Assembly (NCBI GenBank): GCA_038321985.1
Contig: JBBQFN010000001.1
Location: forward strand, 128,001 to 192,000
Direction of reading: 5' to 3'
DNA: 64,000 bases
Origin: Cyanophyceae cyanobacterium
Lineage (GTDB): Bacteria; Cyanobacteriota; Cyanobacteriia; Cyanobacteriales; Laspinemataceae
Below, piece by piece: positions 21,788 to 34,297 of the stretch (its first letter is position 1; each line of letters opens with the position of its first letter). The notes below the pieces were generated by a model, which saw only the letters and a list, made by a program, of their open reading frames with translations, did not search any database and was not told the origin of the DNA. Position numbers and translations under genes: made by a program.

Positions 21788-24700
21788 TTACCAAGGACTT
21801 CCAATTAGGGTAAATCCGGACCAATAGTAGGGATGGGAAAGGCTTGTATCTCCTAAACCGGAGATTTCCGGAGGAAGGTCGATCGCCCCTTGGGAGTGAA
21901 TGAGGCGATCCGATTCAATTTTTACTTCACCCCGTAACATTGCCAGTTGTGCTTGGCGCAAAGCTTCAGCTTTTAAAGGAACTGAATGCAGGTTTTGGTA
22001 TAATTCGGTCATTAGTCCTAATGTGCCTTCATCGTTGACGGACCACAGGGAGGCGATCGCCGTTTTGACCCCACTTTTAACAGCTAATCCCCCAAACCCT
22101 AATTCGGCTTGGCGATCGCCCAGGGCAGTTTGACAGGCTGATAGCACTAACAACTCAACTTTAGGCGTATCTAAGTGCAAACTGGATAGTTCATCTAAAT
22201 TGATTCGACGGTCCCAAAGCTGGATATAAGACTGATTCCGTTCCCCCGGGTTAAATTCGGCATGAGTCGCCAAATGGATTATTTTAAAGTCATTTTGTTG
22301 GTGTTGGTAGGCTAAATTTTCTACTGTGAAGGCTTCATTGAGGAACGATTGCATAGATCCGGTTTGTTCTACAATGGTTTTTAACTCTAATGGCACTGCG
22401 GGTAAAGGATTTTCCCCAGAAAATTGCGATGCACCCATTGCCAAAACTGCGTGATTTTGAAGGGGAAAATAGCTGGGGTTGGTTAAGCTAAAGCTGGGAA
22501 TTAAACTGATGCTATATTGTTCGATTAAAAATTGATTTCCATCAAATAAGGCAGCAATTGGCAAACTTCTTAATCCTGGATCTAAAGAAAAAAGTATAGT
22601 ATCAATTTCCATTTTTTTCAGGTCTTCAGCAACGGGTCCAATTATCCATTCATACAATTGTTGGCCCGAGGAAAAATACTTGTTCATATTTTGTCTTCGC
22701 GGGTCGGTAATTTCCCATCGAAATTCGTTGACAACAGCAAACAATACCTCAGGCGTAGCGTCAAAAATGGTCTTGCGAATGGGGTTGCCCTCGGGTGGAA
22801 CCAAGATTATTTCCAGGCGATCGCTGCGAGATATTGCATATAGAATGGCCGCCTGTTTTCCCGTTTGTGCCGTCAATTTTTTTAAAGTTTCCTGGAATGT
22901 AAATAGGGTCATTTGCTGGGAAGGCAAGGTAGTAGTAACCCCTAAATAATCCTGGAACTCTTGGTTACGAGAATCTTCGATCGCCCAGAGAATTTCTTCA
23001 AGATTATTATTGGCTAATGCCTGATCCAGGGGCAGAGTCATTTCTCCCATTTTTTCTCCCGGTATTAATGCTTCATGGTGCGGGTTAATCGCCATCGGGG
23101 TAATATAGCGGTGTTCCTGTTGATGAAGAACAGCCCCTGACTGAATGATCTGGGGGACGGGGAGGAGGTATGCTAGAGCAGATTTCATTTGTCTGAGAGA
23201 TTCAATTATTTCCTTCCCTTTAGAGATTTGGCTATTAGATAAGTTGGGATTTTCAGTGACGGCCCATTCATACCAAATGGAACTATCAATGGTCAAAATT
23301 TCATTAATAATCCCTCCCGGATCGCCGAGGGGTTTTAAAGGTTCTCCTGACGAATAGTCGGGGATGGAGGCAGAGAGGCGATCGCCGCTTATACTCGGAT
23401 CAATGGATCTAGATAAGGGTGCCCTCGCCGGTTGTTCCCGTTGAGACACATTGTCTACGGGTTGTTGGGGTAAGGGTTCGGGCAAAGTCCCAGTTAATCC
23501 GGGTTGCCCTTCCTGCGATCGCGCGTTTTCGGCAACGGGTGCGATCTCTGGCATTTCTGGCACCGGGTTTGCTGCAATTTCCCCAGTAGTCATGGTAAGG
23601 GGTGCGGTTACTCTCTCACTACGGGATAAGCTGGGCAATTCTAAGAACCCATTCGATTCTGTCGGTGCAACAATGGGCGATCGGTTCGTATCAGATCCGA
23701 CAATTGGATCTTGTGCCGGGTTCAGGGATGGCGCTGTCAAGGGGATTTTTTCCGGCGATATTGGTGCGATCGATATCTGTGGAATACTAAGTTCGGGTGT
23801 GGGAAGAGGGAAGGATTCCTGTACAGGTGCTGGGGTAGGTGGTGCGGATGTGGGAACAGGTGCGGATGCAGGAACCGGTGCGGATGTAGGAACCGGTGCC
23901 AAAACAGGTTTAGATGCTTGTGGCGGCATGGGTGTAGAAACCCGCGTAGGTGTGGATACGGTTACTGGCGTAGGTGTTGATATAGAAACTGGTGCAGGTG
24001 TTGGCGTAGGTGTTGATATAGAAACTGGTGCAGGTGCTGGCGAAGGCGCAGGGGTTGGCGCAGGGGTTGGCGCAGGTGTTGGCGTAGGTGTTGGCGTAGG
24101 TGTAGGTGTTGGCGCAGGTGTTGGCGTAGGTGTTGGCGTAGGCGCAGGTGTTGGCGCTGGTTCGGCTGTAGGTTCAGGTTCTGGGGGTTCGGGAACCGAA
24201 TAAATGCCGATATTACCTTGGGTAAAGGTGTATAAAAATGAATCATTAGCGATCGCACTGCTGCCTGTTGTCAATACCCCAGCGGTACCATTTGTGCTGG
24301 CATCTCCCACGACAAAGGGAACAATACCGCCTCCGCCATGACGAATGGCGATCGCGCCGCTACCCGTTCCGCCAATTGTAGAGATACTTGCCGCTTGTCC
24401 ATTGGCGGCGCTAAAGGTACCTGTAGCGCGAAAATTGCTCCCTGTGGTAATATCGACGGTCCCCCCGGTTGTTCCGCCTTCCGCATTAATCCAACTCACT
24501 TCAATATCCCCTTCCGGGTCGAGGGTGACGTTTCCCCCCACACCGGAGGTTCCTGACGACGCGATCGCCCCGGCAACGATGGAGGTTTCTGCTAAAACTT
24601 GAATGCTTCCCCCATCGACGGCACCAGAGGCGTTAAGATTGCCGGTGGTAATGGTTCCTGGTGCCAGAGTAGCGTTACCACCTGTTAAGGCAATTTTGCC

Positions 24701-27700
24701 CCCACTTCCCGCACTCGCACTACTATCAACTGCCCCCGTTGTGATATGGTTGCCCGTTTCAATTCTGACTTCCCCTCCTGCTGTCACTCCGGATGTAGTG
24801 ACGTTACTGAGGGAGATATCCCCGGTGGTAGTTGAAACGCTGACATTCCCCCCAGTTCCCCCGTTCGCGCGACTATTGATGTTCCCGCCCGTGATGCCGG
24901 TATTAGCACTCACTGCGATCGTACCCCCATTGTTTCCCGTGGTATTTAAGGTTCCGGTGGTGCTAACTGCCCCGGATGTGCTATCTAGGGTAATTTGGGC
25001 AGCAGTGAGACTGGTGGTAGTGATATTACCGACTGTCGTAACTTGCGTATTACCCTCGGTTGTGATGGGGCGATTCAGATTAACGGTTCCAGAAGCATTG
25101 ATTGTGAGCCCGCCTAATTCCACGGAAATCGGCGCGTCTACTGTTACATCACCGGCCTGAATCTGTAAACCTAGTAAAGGAATTATGTTCCCGATTGCAT
25201 TTTCAATCAGCAGATTACCGCTGCCTGTATTTAAGGTCAAATTCTGGGAACCATTTACAGTCGCCCCTAGGTTAATCTTCCCATGGGCCGCCGAAGTGTC
25301 CAGGGTAATATCTCGATTGAGTTGAATATTTTCCCCCTGAATCGTGATACCATTATTATGAGTCGTGACAATATTACCATCAAGAACGGTAGAAATTGCC
25401 GTGGCATTTAATTCGCCTATGTTAGCGGTTCCTAAGCGAACTATGCCATTTTGTGAATTCACGGATAAGACGCGATCGCCGTTTACGGTCCAAGCAAAAG
25501 TAATATCTCCGCTTTCTGTTTGGACCTCTGTATTTCCCTCTAAGAAAATTTGACTCCCTTCAAAAGTGATTGAAGAATCATTTTTACCGCTAATGGAACC
25601 GCTGAGTTCTACGGTATTCCCCCGCAATACCAGGGAATCTCTAAATTCTGCCGAAGAACGGCCTGTTTCCAAGGTAGTGGTTCCGGTACTATCCGGGCGT
25701 CCAATGGTGATGGAATTAAACCCAGATTGCAATAAATTTAGTTCCCTTCCCGTAATCGTTAAGGCCGAATTTTCCCCGGTATCAACTCCCCCTAGTTTGA
25801 TATCTAAACTGGGAGTAAAGGGTTGCAAAACTAGATTACTATTACCCCGGATGGTGTCTCCGAAGTTGAGGTCATCAGCGGTTAAGGTAATATCATTTAG
25901 GGGAGTGAATGCCCCGATACTCTGGTTAAAATTGATGCTGCCGTTCGCAGCGGTTACGGTTAAATTTTGATTCCCATTTACCGTTCCATCAAATATAATA
26001 TTTCCCCTATTATTTTGGACGGTTACGGGATTGATGATTTGAATATCTCCATCGGTGGAAAAAGTCAGGGATGCGTTATCGGTTCCTAAAACAGTGTTAT
26101 GAAGATTGATAATTCCGGTTTGCGATCGCACCGTCAGGGGGTCGCTGATAGACACCTGATTAATATCAAGCGGTGCAGTGCCATTGATTTGTCCAATGGT
26201 AATCGAATTAAATCCATTTTGAAATTGATTTAACTCGGTTGAAGTTAAGTCTAAGGCCGGGGTATTATTCTGAATATAACCGAGGGCAACTGCTTGGTTA
26301 GTAGTTAACGGTTCTAAAGTGAGGTCTCCTGTACCCTTGACGGGACCGCCAAAGTCTATTTCCTCACCTCGTAAGCGGAGATTGCCGGTTAATAATAAAC
26401 TGTCGCCGAAGTTGAGGAGAGTGGCAGTGGCATTCCCGGATAAAGTGGTGGGTGTATCGGTGGTTAATAGGGTTAAGGGGGTGGTTTCTCCAATATTGCC
26501 GTCTAAGTTAATCGTACCCGTGGCAGTATTCAGGGTTAAACTATACCCGCCCTCAATATCGCCGATGATATCAATCGTGCCACCGCCTGCATCAATAGTC
26601 CCATCGCGTTCGAGGGAAACAGTCCCTTCAACCCGAATTTGATTATTATTAGTGATAATTTCCTGATCAGGGGTGATCATCCCCCCAGCAGTGAGGGCAG
26701 TCGCACCTCCGGTCCCCGAACTCCCAACCGCTGTAATATTGCCAGTCCGGAGGTTTCCTCCTGCTACGACAGCGATCGCGCCGCCATCGCCACCCGATGA
26801 GGCATTCAAGATTCCTGTTGTAATATTTTCCCCGGCAGTTATCTCAATTCCCGAAGGTGCGATGATATCCCCGGTTACGATATCGGTTCCTGCATTCAGG
26901 GCGATCGAGGCATTTCCCGTAATCCCATCCGGGGCCAAAATCGCACCAGTACCCACCGGCGACTGAATCAGCAAGGGGTCGTTAAATGTGAGAGAATTGC
27001 TCACCGTGGCAGTACCACTACTGTTATTCCGTCCAATTGTAACGGAGGCAAACCCGGGTTGTAACCAGCCCAAATCGATCGCACTCAGTTGAAAAATGTT
27101 AGGATTTCCCGTAGCCGTTCCCCCGATCGCCATGTCCTGTAATGGGTTAAATGGCTGTAAAGTGAGGTGAGTGTTTCCAGAAACTTGATCGGTAAAAAGA
27201 ATCCGGTTAGCCGTCAAGGCGACATTGCCGGCCACATTGATGGGGGTATTATAGGTTTGAGTATTGCGGGTGGTAATATTCTGGGCGATCGCAGTATCGG
27301 CAGCATTAACCGTTAAATCAACTAAAGGCGTCTCCTCCCCGACTACAGAATTAAGTGTTACCCTCCCCATCTCCGTCTGGAGGAACAAACGGGCATTGCC
27401 ATTGACAGACCCCTCAAGTTGAATATCCCCTTGGTTTTGGTACTGTTCGAGGGTCAAGTCCTGATTAACAAGGAGATTCCCCTCGATTTGAATCGGATTA
27501 ATGTATCCCTCGATAGACTCAACGGAAATCGTCCCGGTGGGTGCATTTAACGTGATGGCACCCCCGGTTGTTCCATTTGTCGTAGACCGAGACCAAATTT
27601 GTGAGGTATCAATGTTCCCTTGATTCGCCGTGAGACTAATATTCCCCCCGTTCCCTCCGTTATAGGAACGAGAATCTATATTTGCTGTCAAAATTGAACC

Positions 27701-29743
27701 GCTAGCGCTATCCAGGGCGATCGCACCTCCAGCAGCGCCACTACTTCTTGTGCTAATATTTGCGGTTTGAATATCACTTCCGGCGGCGATCGCAATTGCG
27801 CCGCCATCCCCTTTTACTAACCCATCCATGTAAGCATCGGTACTCAGAATCCCCGTTTGGACTCGTCCCAATGGGGCGGATAGGGTAATACTGCCCCCTC
27901 CTTGCATCACCAAATCCCCCAGGGAATCGTCATTTGCCTGGGAAATAATATCCCCGGTTACAATATTTCCCCCGGTGGCGGTGAGGGTGACACTCCCGGC
28001 ATTTCGGGCCATCAGTCCCAAGAATAGAATGTTCGTACTAATATCGCTCACATCCACATTTCCGAGGGTAATATTCACCCCGGAAATGGTCAGACTGCGA
28101 CCTTTTGCCAGAATAGATTGGGTCGGGTCCATCGTAAAGTTCCCGCTACCGCTATTATCCGCATCCGCTATAAAAGCCAATTTTAGAGGGACTGCACCGA
28201 TTAGAGTTCCCCCCGGATTAACAAAATTAAGAGACACCCCAGGGGCGATCGTGATATCGTTACTCGCCTCTAGACGGATATCTCCTACAATTGACGTTAG
28301 ATTTCCGACACTAATTGTATAACTAGCGGTCGGATCGTCCATCCATAAAATTTCGCTATTAAATAGCAGTTTATTGTTATGAGTACCACCCGTTGTCACA
28401 ATATTAATATTTTCTGGGTCCAGCAGCAGGGTTCCCACGGTCCCCTGGGCTGCACTTAAATCCACATCCCCCCGAAAAATCAGCGTTTCTTTACCCGAAA
28501 CTTCCACAAAACCCCCATTAGAAGGGGTTTCTTGACTCCCTCGGGCCGTTATACTGCCCGCAAACTGAGTGGTATCATCGGCCCATAAAATTATCCTACC
28601 GCCATCCCCCTCACTCACTGCATCTGCTGCAATTTCTGACCCTGCACTCACAAAGGTTTGGGTAGCATTGGGAACCTCTCCCGTTCCCTGAAAGTCTCCA
28701 CCCAGGCGAATTGTACCGCCTCCACTCCCCGAGGCATCCAGGGTTCCTTCAACCACTGCCACCCGGTTAGCCAGGATTGCTACCTGTCCCCCCGGTCCTA
28801 TGTTCCCCGCAGATACATCCACCGTCCCCGATGTAATCGCATCTCCCGCTTGTGGATTAACCCTGATTCCTGAACCCGTCAGGGCGATTGTCCCATCTGG
28901 GTTTACTTCAACTCCCGTGGCATGGGCGATTGTCCCCCCCACTAGCAATTCCGGTAACGAAAGAGGTGCAATCTCCCCCCAAGGGTTACCCTCCTGAGGG
29001 CGCACCTCTAAACTTAGCAGATGATTTTCTTGGGAAATTCTGACTATACTTTCCCCAGGGACCGCCGCGATCGTTACCGTTCCACCGGGAGAAGAAAGTA
29101 TCCCTGTATTTAGGATACTTCCTCCTAATAGCGTTAAATTATTTTCGGGTTGAAGCATTAAATTGCCGAAATTGGCAATACTTCCCGGTTGTTTTAACCC
29201 AAAGGCAAACTGAGAAGGGGTTCCCACTAAACTTAAATAATTATTCTCCCCTATGGCATTAAACCACCCTTCCCTCAACCCAATTCCGGTTGCCGTCGTT
29301 GCTAAAAAGTCTCCCGGAACGTTAAGTTGGGCGTTCGTTCCGAATACAATTCCGGCTGGATTCATCAAATAAAGATTAGAATTCCCCCCGGTAATTTGAA
29401 TTAACCCATTAATATAAGAAGCATCGCCTCCCGTGATTCTCCCTAGGATGTTAGCGATCGCCGGGTTCGACAGAAAATTGGCAACTTGTCCCGCCTCTAC
29501 ATTGAAGCGGTCAAAACTATGGAACAAATTGGCCCCATCTGCCGACTGCTGTCCCCCTTGAATATTAAATTGGGGTCCATCCGTGGTAACAGTAGTCCCT
29601 GTGCCATCACTTGCCGGAGTAATGTTTTGGGCCAACAAAGGGTGCTGATAAGTGCCTATCACCGCCGCAACTAATCCAGTTATCATAAACTGAATCTTTT
29701 TTCCCGTTGCTGCCTTGACTTGAGTGCTATCATCAGACCCCAT
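21788..29743 (-). CDS. Giant filamentous-haemagglutinin (TPS-domain) protein with C-terminal CHAT (caspase-like) protease domain
   Basis: [14 protein letters not shown] haemagglutination-activity domain, long G/T/N-rich beta-helix repeats, Pro/Thr linker, CHAT motifs HLATH and [24 protein letters not shown] upstream of ATG 29743. Confidence 0.92.
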   Translation of the reverse strand: MGSDDSTQVKAATGKKIQFMITGLVAAVIGTYQHPLLAQNITPASDGTGTTVTTDGPQFNIQGGQQSADGANLFHSFDRFNVEAGQVANFLSNPAIANILGRITGGDASYINGLIQITGGNSNLYLMNPAGIVFGTNAQLNVPGDFLATTATGIGLREGWFNAIGENNYLSLVGTPSQFAFGLKQPGSIANFGNLMLQPENNLTLLGGSILNTGILSSPGGTVTIAAVPGESIVRISQENHLLSLEVRPQEGNPWGEIAPLSLPELLVGGTIAHATGVEVNPDGTIALTGSGIRVNPQAGDAITSGTVDVSAGNIGPGGQVAILANRVAVVEGTLDASGSGGGTIRLGGDFQGTGEVPNATQTFVSAGSEIAADAVSEGDGGRIILWADDTTQFAGSITARGSQETPSNGGFVEVSGKETLIFRGDVDLSAAQGTVGTLLLDPENINIVTTGGTHNNKLLFNSEILWMDDPTASYTISVGNLTSIVGDIRLEASNDITIAPGVSLNFVNPGGTLIGAVPLKLAFIADADNSGSGNFTMDPTQSILAKGRSLTISGVNITLGNVDVSDISTNILFLGLMARNAGSVTLTATGGNIVTGDIISQANDDSLGDLVMQGGGSITLSAPLGRVQTGILSTDAYMDGLVKGDGGAIAIAAGSDIQTANISTRSSGAAGGAIALDSASGSILTANIDSRSYNGGNGGNISLTANQGNIDTSQIWSRSTTNGTTGGAITLNAPTGTISVESIEGYINPIQIEGNLLVNQDLTLEQYQNQGDIQLEGSVNGNARLFLQTEMGRVTLNSVVGEETPLVDLTVNAADTAIAQNITTRNTQTYNTPINVAGNVALTANRILFTDQVSGNTHLTLQPFNPLQDMAIGGTATGNPNIFQLSAIDLGWLQPGFASVTIGRNNSSGTATVSNSLTFNDPLLIQSPVGTGAILAPDGITGNASIALNAGTDIVTGDIIAPSGIEITAGENITTGILNASSGGDGGAIAVVAGGNLRTGNITAVGSSGTGGATALTAGGMITPDQEIITNNNQIRVEGTVSLERDGTIDAGGGTIDIIGDIEGGYSLTLNTATGTINLDGNIGETTPLTLLTTDTPTTLSGNATATLLNFGDSLLLTGNLRLRGEEIDFGGPVKGTGDLTLEPLTTNQAVALGYIQNNTPALDLTSTELNQFQNGFNSITIGQINGTAPLDINQVSISDPLTVRSQTGIINLHNTVLGTDNASLTFSTDGDIQIINPVTVQNNRGNIIFDGTVNGNQNLTVTAANGSINFNQSIGAFTPLNDITLTADDLNFGDTIRGNSNLVLQPFTPSLDIKLGGVDTGENSALTITGRELNLLQSGFNSITIGRPDSTGTTTLETGRSSAEFRDSLVLRGNTVELSGSISGKNDSSITFEGSQIFLEGNTEVQTESGDITFAWTVNGDRVLSVNSQNGIVRLGTANIGELNATAISTVLDGNIVTTHNNGITIQGENIQLNRDITLDTSAAHGKINLGATVNGSQNLTLNTGSGNLLIENAIGNIIPLLGLQIQAGDVTVDAPISVELGGLTINASGTVNLNRPITTEGNTQVTTVGNITTTSLTAAQITLDSTSGAVSTTGTLNTTGNNGGTIAVSANTGITGGNINSRANGGTGGNVSVSTTTGDISLSNVTTSGVTAGGEVRIETGNHITTGAVDSSASAGSGGKIALTGGNATLAPGTITTGNLNASGAVDGGSIQVLAETSIVAGAIASSGTSGVGGNVTLDPEGDIEVSWINAEGGTTGGTVDITTGSNFRATGTFSAANGQAASISTIGGTGSGAIAIRHGGGGIVPFVVGDASTNGTAGVLTTGSSAIANDSFLYTFTQGNIGIYSVPEPPEPEPTAEPAPTPAPTPTPTPTPAPTPTPTPTPTPTPAPTPAPTPAPSPAPAPVSISTPTPTPAPVSISTPTPVTVSTPTRVSTPMPPQASKPVLAPVPTSAPVPASAPVPTSAPPTPAPVQESFPLPTPELSIPQISIAPISPEKIPLTAPSLNPAQDPIVGSDTNRSPIVAPTESNGFLELPSLSRSERVTAPLTMTTGEIAANPVPEMPEIAPVAENARSQEGQPGLTGTLPEPLPQQPVDNVSQREQPARAPLSRSIDPSISGDRLSASIPDYSSGEPLKPLGDPGGIINEILTIDSSIWYEWAVTENPNLSNSQISKGKEIIESLRQMKSALAYLLPVPQIIQSGAVLHQQEHRYITPMAINPHHEALIPGEKMGEMTLPLDQALANNNLEEILWAIEDSRNQEFQDYLGVTTTLPSQQMTLFTFQETLKKLTAQTGKQAAILYAISRSDRLEIILVPPEGNPIRKTIFDATPEVLFAVVNEFRWEITDPRRQNMNKYFSSGQQLYEWIIGPVAEDLKKMEIDTILFSLDPGLRSLPIAALFDGNQFLIEQYSISLIPSFSLTNPSYFPLQNHAVLAMGASQFSGENPLPAVPLELKTIVEQTGSMQSFLNEAFTVENLAYQHQQNDFKIIHLATHAEFNPGERNQSYIQLWDRRINLDELSSLHLDTPKVELLVLSACQTALGDRQAELGFGGLAVKSGVKTAIASLWSVNDEGTLGLMTELYQNLHSVPLKAEALRQAQLAMLRGEVKIESDRLIHSQGAIDLPPEISGLGDTSLSHPYYWSGFTLIGSPW
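23830..24190 (-). repeat. Pro-Thr/Pro-Ala coding tandem repeats inside the CHAT gene
   Basis: Repeated GGCG(T/C)AGGTGTT units and a duplicated ~33-nt segment encoding [11 protein letters not shown]. Confidence 0.9.
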
Positions 29744-30039
29744 CCCCTTGACCTCCTTGGCGATTATCCTTTGAAATGAGCCCAATTTTTCCCCTTTTCT
29801 AAGCCCCGAAGTTTCAACAGACCTCTTGACTTCATGGTGGAAACCCTCCCCCCAACTCCGTTATTCTTTGGGGCTTGTTTCTACCCCACTTAGATCAAAT
29901 ACAAAGTCTATTGTTATTCCTTCATTACTCTACTCAATCCTCGCCGGTTTGGCAAGCTCTGCAACAATACTTATTCTCGTTAAAATTTCATTTACAATTC
30001 TGCGGAAGTGGGGCCAATTTGACCGAACTCCTTAAGGGC

Positions 30040-30068
30040 AAAAAAACCGGCTTCGTTCAGAAACCGGC
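30040..30068 (-). terminator. Rho-independent terminator of the site-2 protease gene
   Basis: Minus strand GCCGGTTTC..GAAGCCGG followed by a T-run. Confidence 0.65.
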
Positions 30069-30107
30069 TAGGGATTAGGTTCATCTAGAGAGAAACAAGA
30101 AGAGAGA

Positions 30108-31232
30108 TTAAGCAGGATTGGTTTGGGGAGATTTTTGTAATTTACGGACAATCTCACCTTTTTCCAGGAGTCCGACTAACACCCCATTGTCATTAATAAC
30201 AGGTAATTCTGAGAGGTCGCGGTCTTCGAGAATGCCGATCGCTTCGAGTAACGAGACATTAGATTTGATGGGATTAACTGCTTCTACAGTTTTCATCAGT
30301 TCTTTAACCTGAGTCGTCGGCCAGTCGGAGGTCGAGATTAGTTTCAAATCATCCACTGCGATCGACCCGATTAAATACCCCGCCTCATCTGTCACTAAAA
30401 ACTTGCGCCACTGAGTTTTCCCGATAATATACTCGTTAGCAAACTCACGTAAAGAGAGTTCCGCAGAGACAATCGGACTATTGGGGTTCACCGCATCGGC
30501 AGCAGTATAGTGAGAAAGTGTATCTTGGATAGAAGCCGATTGAGCGGCGGTTCCGGCATTCTGAATCAGGAAGAACCCGATTAACAGCGTCCAGAAGCTA
30601 CCAATGTTACTGATGCCTAGGATTGCCATCCCACCCAGGAGGACTGCAACCCAACCGAGTGCTTGTCCGACTCGTCCCGCAAAGATAACGCCTTTATAGG
30701 GATTGCCGGTAATTTTCCAGACGAGAGATTTGAGGATGTTCCCGCCATCGAGGGGTAAACCAGGAATCAGGTTAAACAGGGCTAACATTAAGTTAATCGA
30801 GGCCAACAGTCCCAGGATCGCGGCGAATGGGCCACTGACGGGAGTCGTTAAGGCGACTGCACTAAAGAGTATAAACAACATCAAGCTCACTGCCGGTCCG
30901 GCGATCGCCACCCAGAATGCCTCACCCGGAGTTTTTGACTCTCGTTCTAAACTAGCGAGTCCACCGAACAGGAATAAGGCGATCGATTTGACTTCAATTC
31001 CCTGACGAATTGCCACAAAGCTATGTCCCAGTTCATGGGCTAATACTGAAGCAAACAGCAACAAGGCTGCGACTAATCCTAAGATCCAGGGGAATATTAC
31101 ACCCATTTCTGGAAATTGAGCGGCCAACCCCCCGCCGTAACTAAAAGTAACTAAAGCCAGGACTAAAAACCAAGAAGGATTTACATAAAAAGGTATTCCG
31201 AATAGGTTGCCGATGCGAATATTGCCGTTCAT
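30108..31232 (-). CDS. Site-2 protease (M50 zinc metalloprotease) with CBS domains
   Basis: HELGH, AGP, FNLIPGLPLDGG, C-terminal CBS pair. Confidence 0.95.
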   Translation of the reverse strand: MNGNIRIGNLFGIPFYVNPSWFLVLALVTFSYGGGLAAQFPEMGVIFPWILGLVAALLLFASVLAHELGHSFVAIRQGIEVKSIALFLFGGLASLERESKTPGEAFWVAIAGPAVSLMLFILFSAVALTTPVSGPFAAILGLLASINLMLALFNLIPGLPLDGGNILKSLVWKITGNPYKGVIFAGRVGQALGWVAVLLGGMAILGISNIGSFWTLLIGFFLIQNAGTAAQSASIQDTLSHYTAADAVNPNSPIVSAELSLREFANEYIIGKTQWRKFLVTDEAGYLIGSIAVDDLKLISTSDWPTTQVKELMKTVEAVNPIKSNVSLLEAIGILEDRDLSELPVINDNGVLVGLLEKGEIVRKLQKSPQTNPA

Positions 31233-31289
31233 ATTGGCTCCGTTATTTATTAACTATCGAGATGCGGTATTTCGCCTCTGATTTCTTCT

Positions 31290-31318
31290 ACTGTAACAAA
31301 ATGTAACAAATCGGTCAA
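31290..31318 (-). promoter_or_regulatory. Sigma70-type promoter overlapped by an HLR1-like (RpaB) direct repeat
   Basis: Minus strand TTGACC-N17-TACAGT with GTTACATT-TT-GTTACAGT (31290-31307) covering the spacer and -10. Confidence 0.65.
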
Positions 31319-31488
31319 TGTAGTTTGAGTCGTAGTAACCGTCCCTAGGGGTTCGGCTTAGAAAAACCGGGGTTTAAGCCTCAGTAAATGTACGGAAATC
31401 CGGGAGAAAACCTGCGTTCAATACCCCACTCCATCATCTGAAAGGGGAAGGATACCTACATTATAACTGACAAGCTATTGGGGAAGGA

Positions 31489-31806
31489 TTAACAGTAGGC
31501 GGTAACATCTTCGCCGCATTCATCGACGAGGAAACATAAAGCTCGAAACCGTAGGAACACCAGTTGTTCATAAAAGGGATTGAGCTTACACAGCGCCGGA
31601 ATGTGAAATAAAGTCCGTCCAAATAGCTTGACATCCCGTTCAAATGGACATTGAGACGGAATCAACTTGCAGAAGGCTTTAGCCTGTCCGGGATTGTTGA
31701 TTGCGATGCCCTCGATCCAGTTGCGGATGGGCAGTAAAACTTCATCCAACCGGAGTTTATAAGTGTTTTTTAGTTGGGATAAAAAGTTTGATAAAATAAA
31801 CATCAC
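31489..31806 (-). CDS. Mo-dependent nitrogenase C-terminal domain protein (not a nitrogenase)
   Basis: CKLIPSQCPFERD..HIPALCKLNPFYEQL..RFRAL motif. Confidence 0.9.
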   Translation of the reverse strand: MMFILSNFLSQLKNTYKLRLDEVLLPIRNWIEGIAINNPGQAKAFCKLIPSQCPFERDVKLFGRTLFHIPALCKLNPFYEQLVFLRFRALCFLVDECGEDVTAYC

Positions 31807-32155
31807 TATTTTTCCTCGACACCAATCTTTGAAGGTTGTTTTTCACCTGTAGTTTTATTATTGACTCTTGAGCGAAGGTTTGTCACATTCCCAAAGTAGT
31901 AAAATCTACCCTCGTCAGACAGAGTTTTTGGACTCTATTATACGAACCAAGGGAGACGAGATTACCCGTCAGTCCATTGGGGATCACAAATAAACGTCAA
32001 AATCCGCTCCCTGTCAAGGATCTGACTTCTATAACCAGAGACAGAGAACATCATTCTAATTAAGCCCGAAAACCGACCCCGCTTTTAAATGCTCGTTCGG
32101 GTGACAGGTGTAAAAGAGTCAGATAAACCAGAAGAGCGATCGCCTCCACTCTGTT

Positions 32156-33904
32156 CTATAAGTCCTCCAACTCTTCTTGTAACGCCCGATAATGCTGATA
32201 CTCCTGCCGGAGTCCGTGGATATACTCTTGCCATCCTGCGGTATCTTCGAGTAGGGATAAATAAATCTCTCGAATCTCCTGCACATACTCCGCAGCAGTC
32301 TGATAATTCCTTCGGGTTTTCTTCTGAATCGACTGATCTACCAGTTGCTGGTACAGGGCGATCGCCTTCTGGGGACAATGTAGCTTTATCCCTTGGGCGA
32401 TCGCCAATTGCACCGACGGGGAAAAATCCGGTTGCTGCGCCAGGGCGATCGCCCCCTCCCAGTCTTTCTGATCTAGGTAGATTTGGGCTAGAACATCCAC
32501 TTCATCCCGTGCGAACATCCGAATCTGCTGTTGGCAATGTTCCCAGCAATTTAGCTTCAAAGCAACAGGCTTGAGGTCCTGATAAAATTGTATCGACAGT
32601 CCATTGATTCGCAACCCGAGCATCATCAGGTGATACAGATTTTTCGTATCCTCCTGTTCGGAATAATATTCCGCCAGATCTCCTAAAATTAAAGTTATAT
32701 CATTACCAGAGCGATTGTATAAAATATTCCATGCCTCAACATTATCCTGCTCTGGCGGAGTACAATCGACGATCCACCGTTCTAAAATAGCAATTGAGCG
32801 GCGCAGATCTCCTTTTTCCTCCCGCCAATGCTCTGCCAGGTTCAGATAATCAGAAGGTTCTTTCAGATTCTCCTCACACAGCCGGAGATAGTTCTCTTCA
32901 TCTCCCAATATGGAGTAAGCCTCTGCCACCCAATCGATACTATTTTCCAGACTCGCGCTTTGCAGAGTGGCGATCGCATACCGGAGGTCTTCCTCAGTCG
33001 TACAGAGGGTATCCAACCCTACTTTAAGCGCCATGTCCAGTTCCTCATTCAGGAACATCGGCCAATCAAAAGCAGCAATCAGAGAATTGAGATAAACTTG
33101 CTTTTGGGGCATTTTAAGGTCTAAATCCATCACAGTTTCGGCAAATAACCCAACCGCTTCAGCAATGTCAGCAGTTCCCGCTAAAGTACCAGTCTTGCTA
33201 AATATAAGATTACCGTAAGTGACGATATACCACAACACATCAAGCTGTTCCTCCAGCTTCAGATAATTGAGTTGATTAAACACACAGTTTAAGTTCGGGT
33301 ACGCAGGTGCATCGTGATAACCAAAATCATAATCGATATGCCCTTCCTCGATCGCCTCCTTTTGGCTGTCCCTGAAAAAGTCCTGAACTTGCTTTTTCAA
33401 CTCCGAAACAGTCATTTTCTTGGACCTAGGAAATTGAATCACATTGTTCGGTAGGGTTTTTTTCCCTTGTACCCGAGCAAATTCCTTTTCCAATTGCGCC
33501 GCTAACCCCACTAAATCTCGAAAATCCAACTGTCCCGTCAACAACTGTTCTAAAGCATGGACAGGAAGGGGAATGACTTGCTCCTGTGCCGTTGATTCCG
33601 GATAATAATCCTCCTCCTCTGCCTCCGGATCCCCCAACAGAGAATACAGCAACACCGCTACAATATGCTCACAGACTTCGCCCTCATAAGCACAAGTACA
33701 GTCTGTTGTTAAATTGCCCCAACCCGTGCGAATTTCCACCGAGTATTTGCCGGGTTTTCCCTCCACCTGTGCCTTAATCCCTTTTCCCGACATGAAAAAC
33801 GGATCAACCGCCCCCCTGTGATAGCAAACTTGACCTTTTTGAAAAATAGCCGGATTATCTGCCACTTCTGCAATTTCTTCTACCGTCAAATCGTTTAAAT
33901 TCAT
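32156..33904 (-). CDS. SWIM zinc-finger protein with helical C-terminal region
   Basis: CTC..VCEHIVAVL SWIM motif; C-terminal R..Y..AA..RALQEEL pattern. Confidence 0.85.
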   Translation of the reverse strand: MNLNDLTVEEIAEVADNPAIFQKGQVCYHRGAVDPFFMSGKGIKAQVEGKPGKYSVEIRTGWGNLTTDCTCAYEGEVCEHIVAVLLYSLLGDPEAEEEDYYPESTAQEQVIPLPVHALEQLLTGQLDFRDLVGLAAQLEKEFARVQGKKTLPNNVIQFPRSKKMTVSELKKQVQDFFRDSQKEAIEEGHIDYDFGYHDAPAYPNLNCVFNQLNYLKLEEQLDVLWYIVTYGNLIFSKTGTLAGTADIAEAVGLFAETVMDLDLKMPQKQVYLNSLIAAFDWPMFLNEELDMALKVGLDTLCTTEEDLRYAIATLQSASLENSIDWVAEAYSILGDEENYLRLCEENLKEPSDYLNLAEHWREEKGDLRRSIAILERWIVDCTPPEQDNVEAWNILYNRSGNDITLILGDLAEYYSEQEDTKNLYHLMMLGLRINGLSIQFYQDLKPVALKLNCWEHCQQQIRMFARDEVDVLAQIYLDQKDWEGAIALAQQPDFSPSVQLAIAQGIKLHCPQKAIALYQQLVDQSIQKKTRRNYQTAAEYVQEIREIYLSLLEDTAGWQEYIHGLRQEYQHYRALQEELEDL

Positions 33905-34297
33905 AAGTAGTTGCTTCTAATATCAGGGAATTTACAACTCAGATCCTAGCGTAGAAAAACCCTAGGCGATCGCCTTTTGGAACCGTTGTCAAGGATGGCA
34001 TATCCGAAAGGGCGATTCCTCTGCCAATTGGACTGCGATCGCCCCTATTCCTCATGTTCCCATTTCTGGTTTTTCTCCTCTACCCTGGGGCGATCGGCAC
34101 CTGGCGGGTCACCCGTTGCTCAAACTGGTACTGCTGCACCGGCATCTCCTTGTCATAACGAATATGCCAGAATGACACTGCATAGGTGAGAGCAACTCCT
34201 GCACCCGCATGAATCAACCTGATCGCAATCAGCGCACTTGATCGCCAGTTACCTGACTCAGGTATAATAGCACCATCGATTAATAATTAATGAGAAG

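Noticed and set aside
23451..24258. Long alternative-frame ORFs (GVGVGA-rich, LRQH-rich)
   Set aside because: Shadows of the Pro/Thr repeat region of the CHAT gene.
31489..31806. Nitrogen fixation gene
   Set aside because: The domain name is historical; there are no nif genes in the window.
34080..34280. Start-less minus-strand open frame (..YAVSFWHIRYDKEMPVQQYQFEQRV..)
   Set aside because: No good start or RBS and no recognisable family; could be a gene fragment but cannot be supported.
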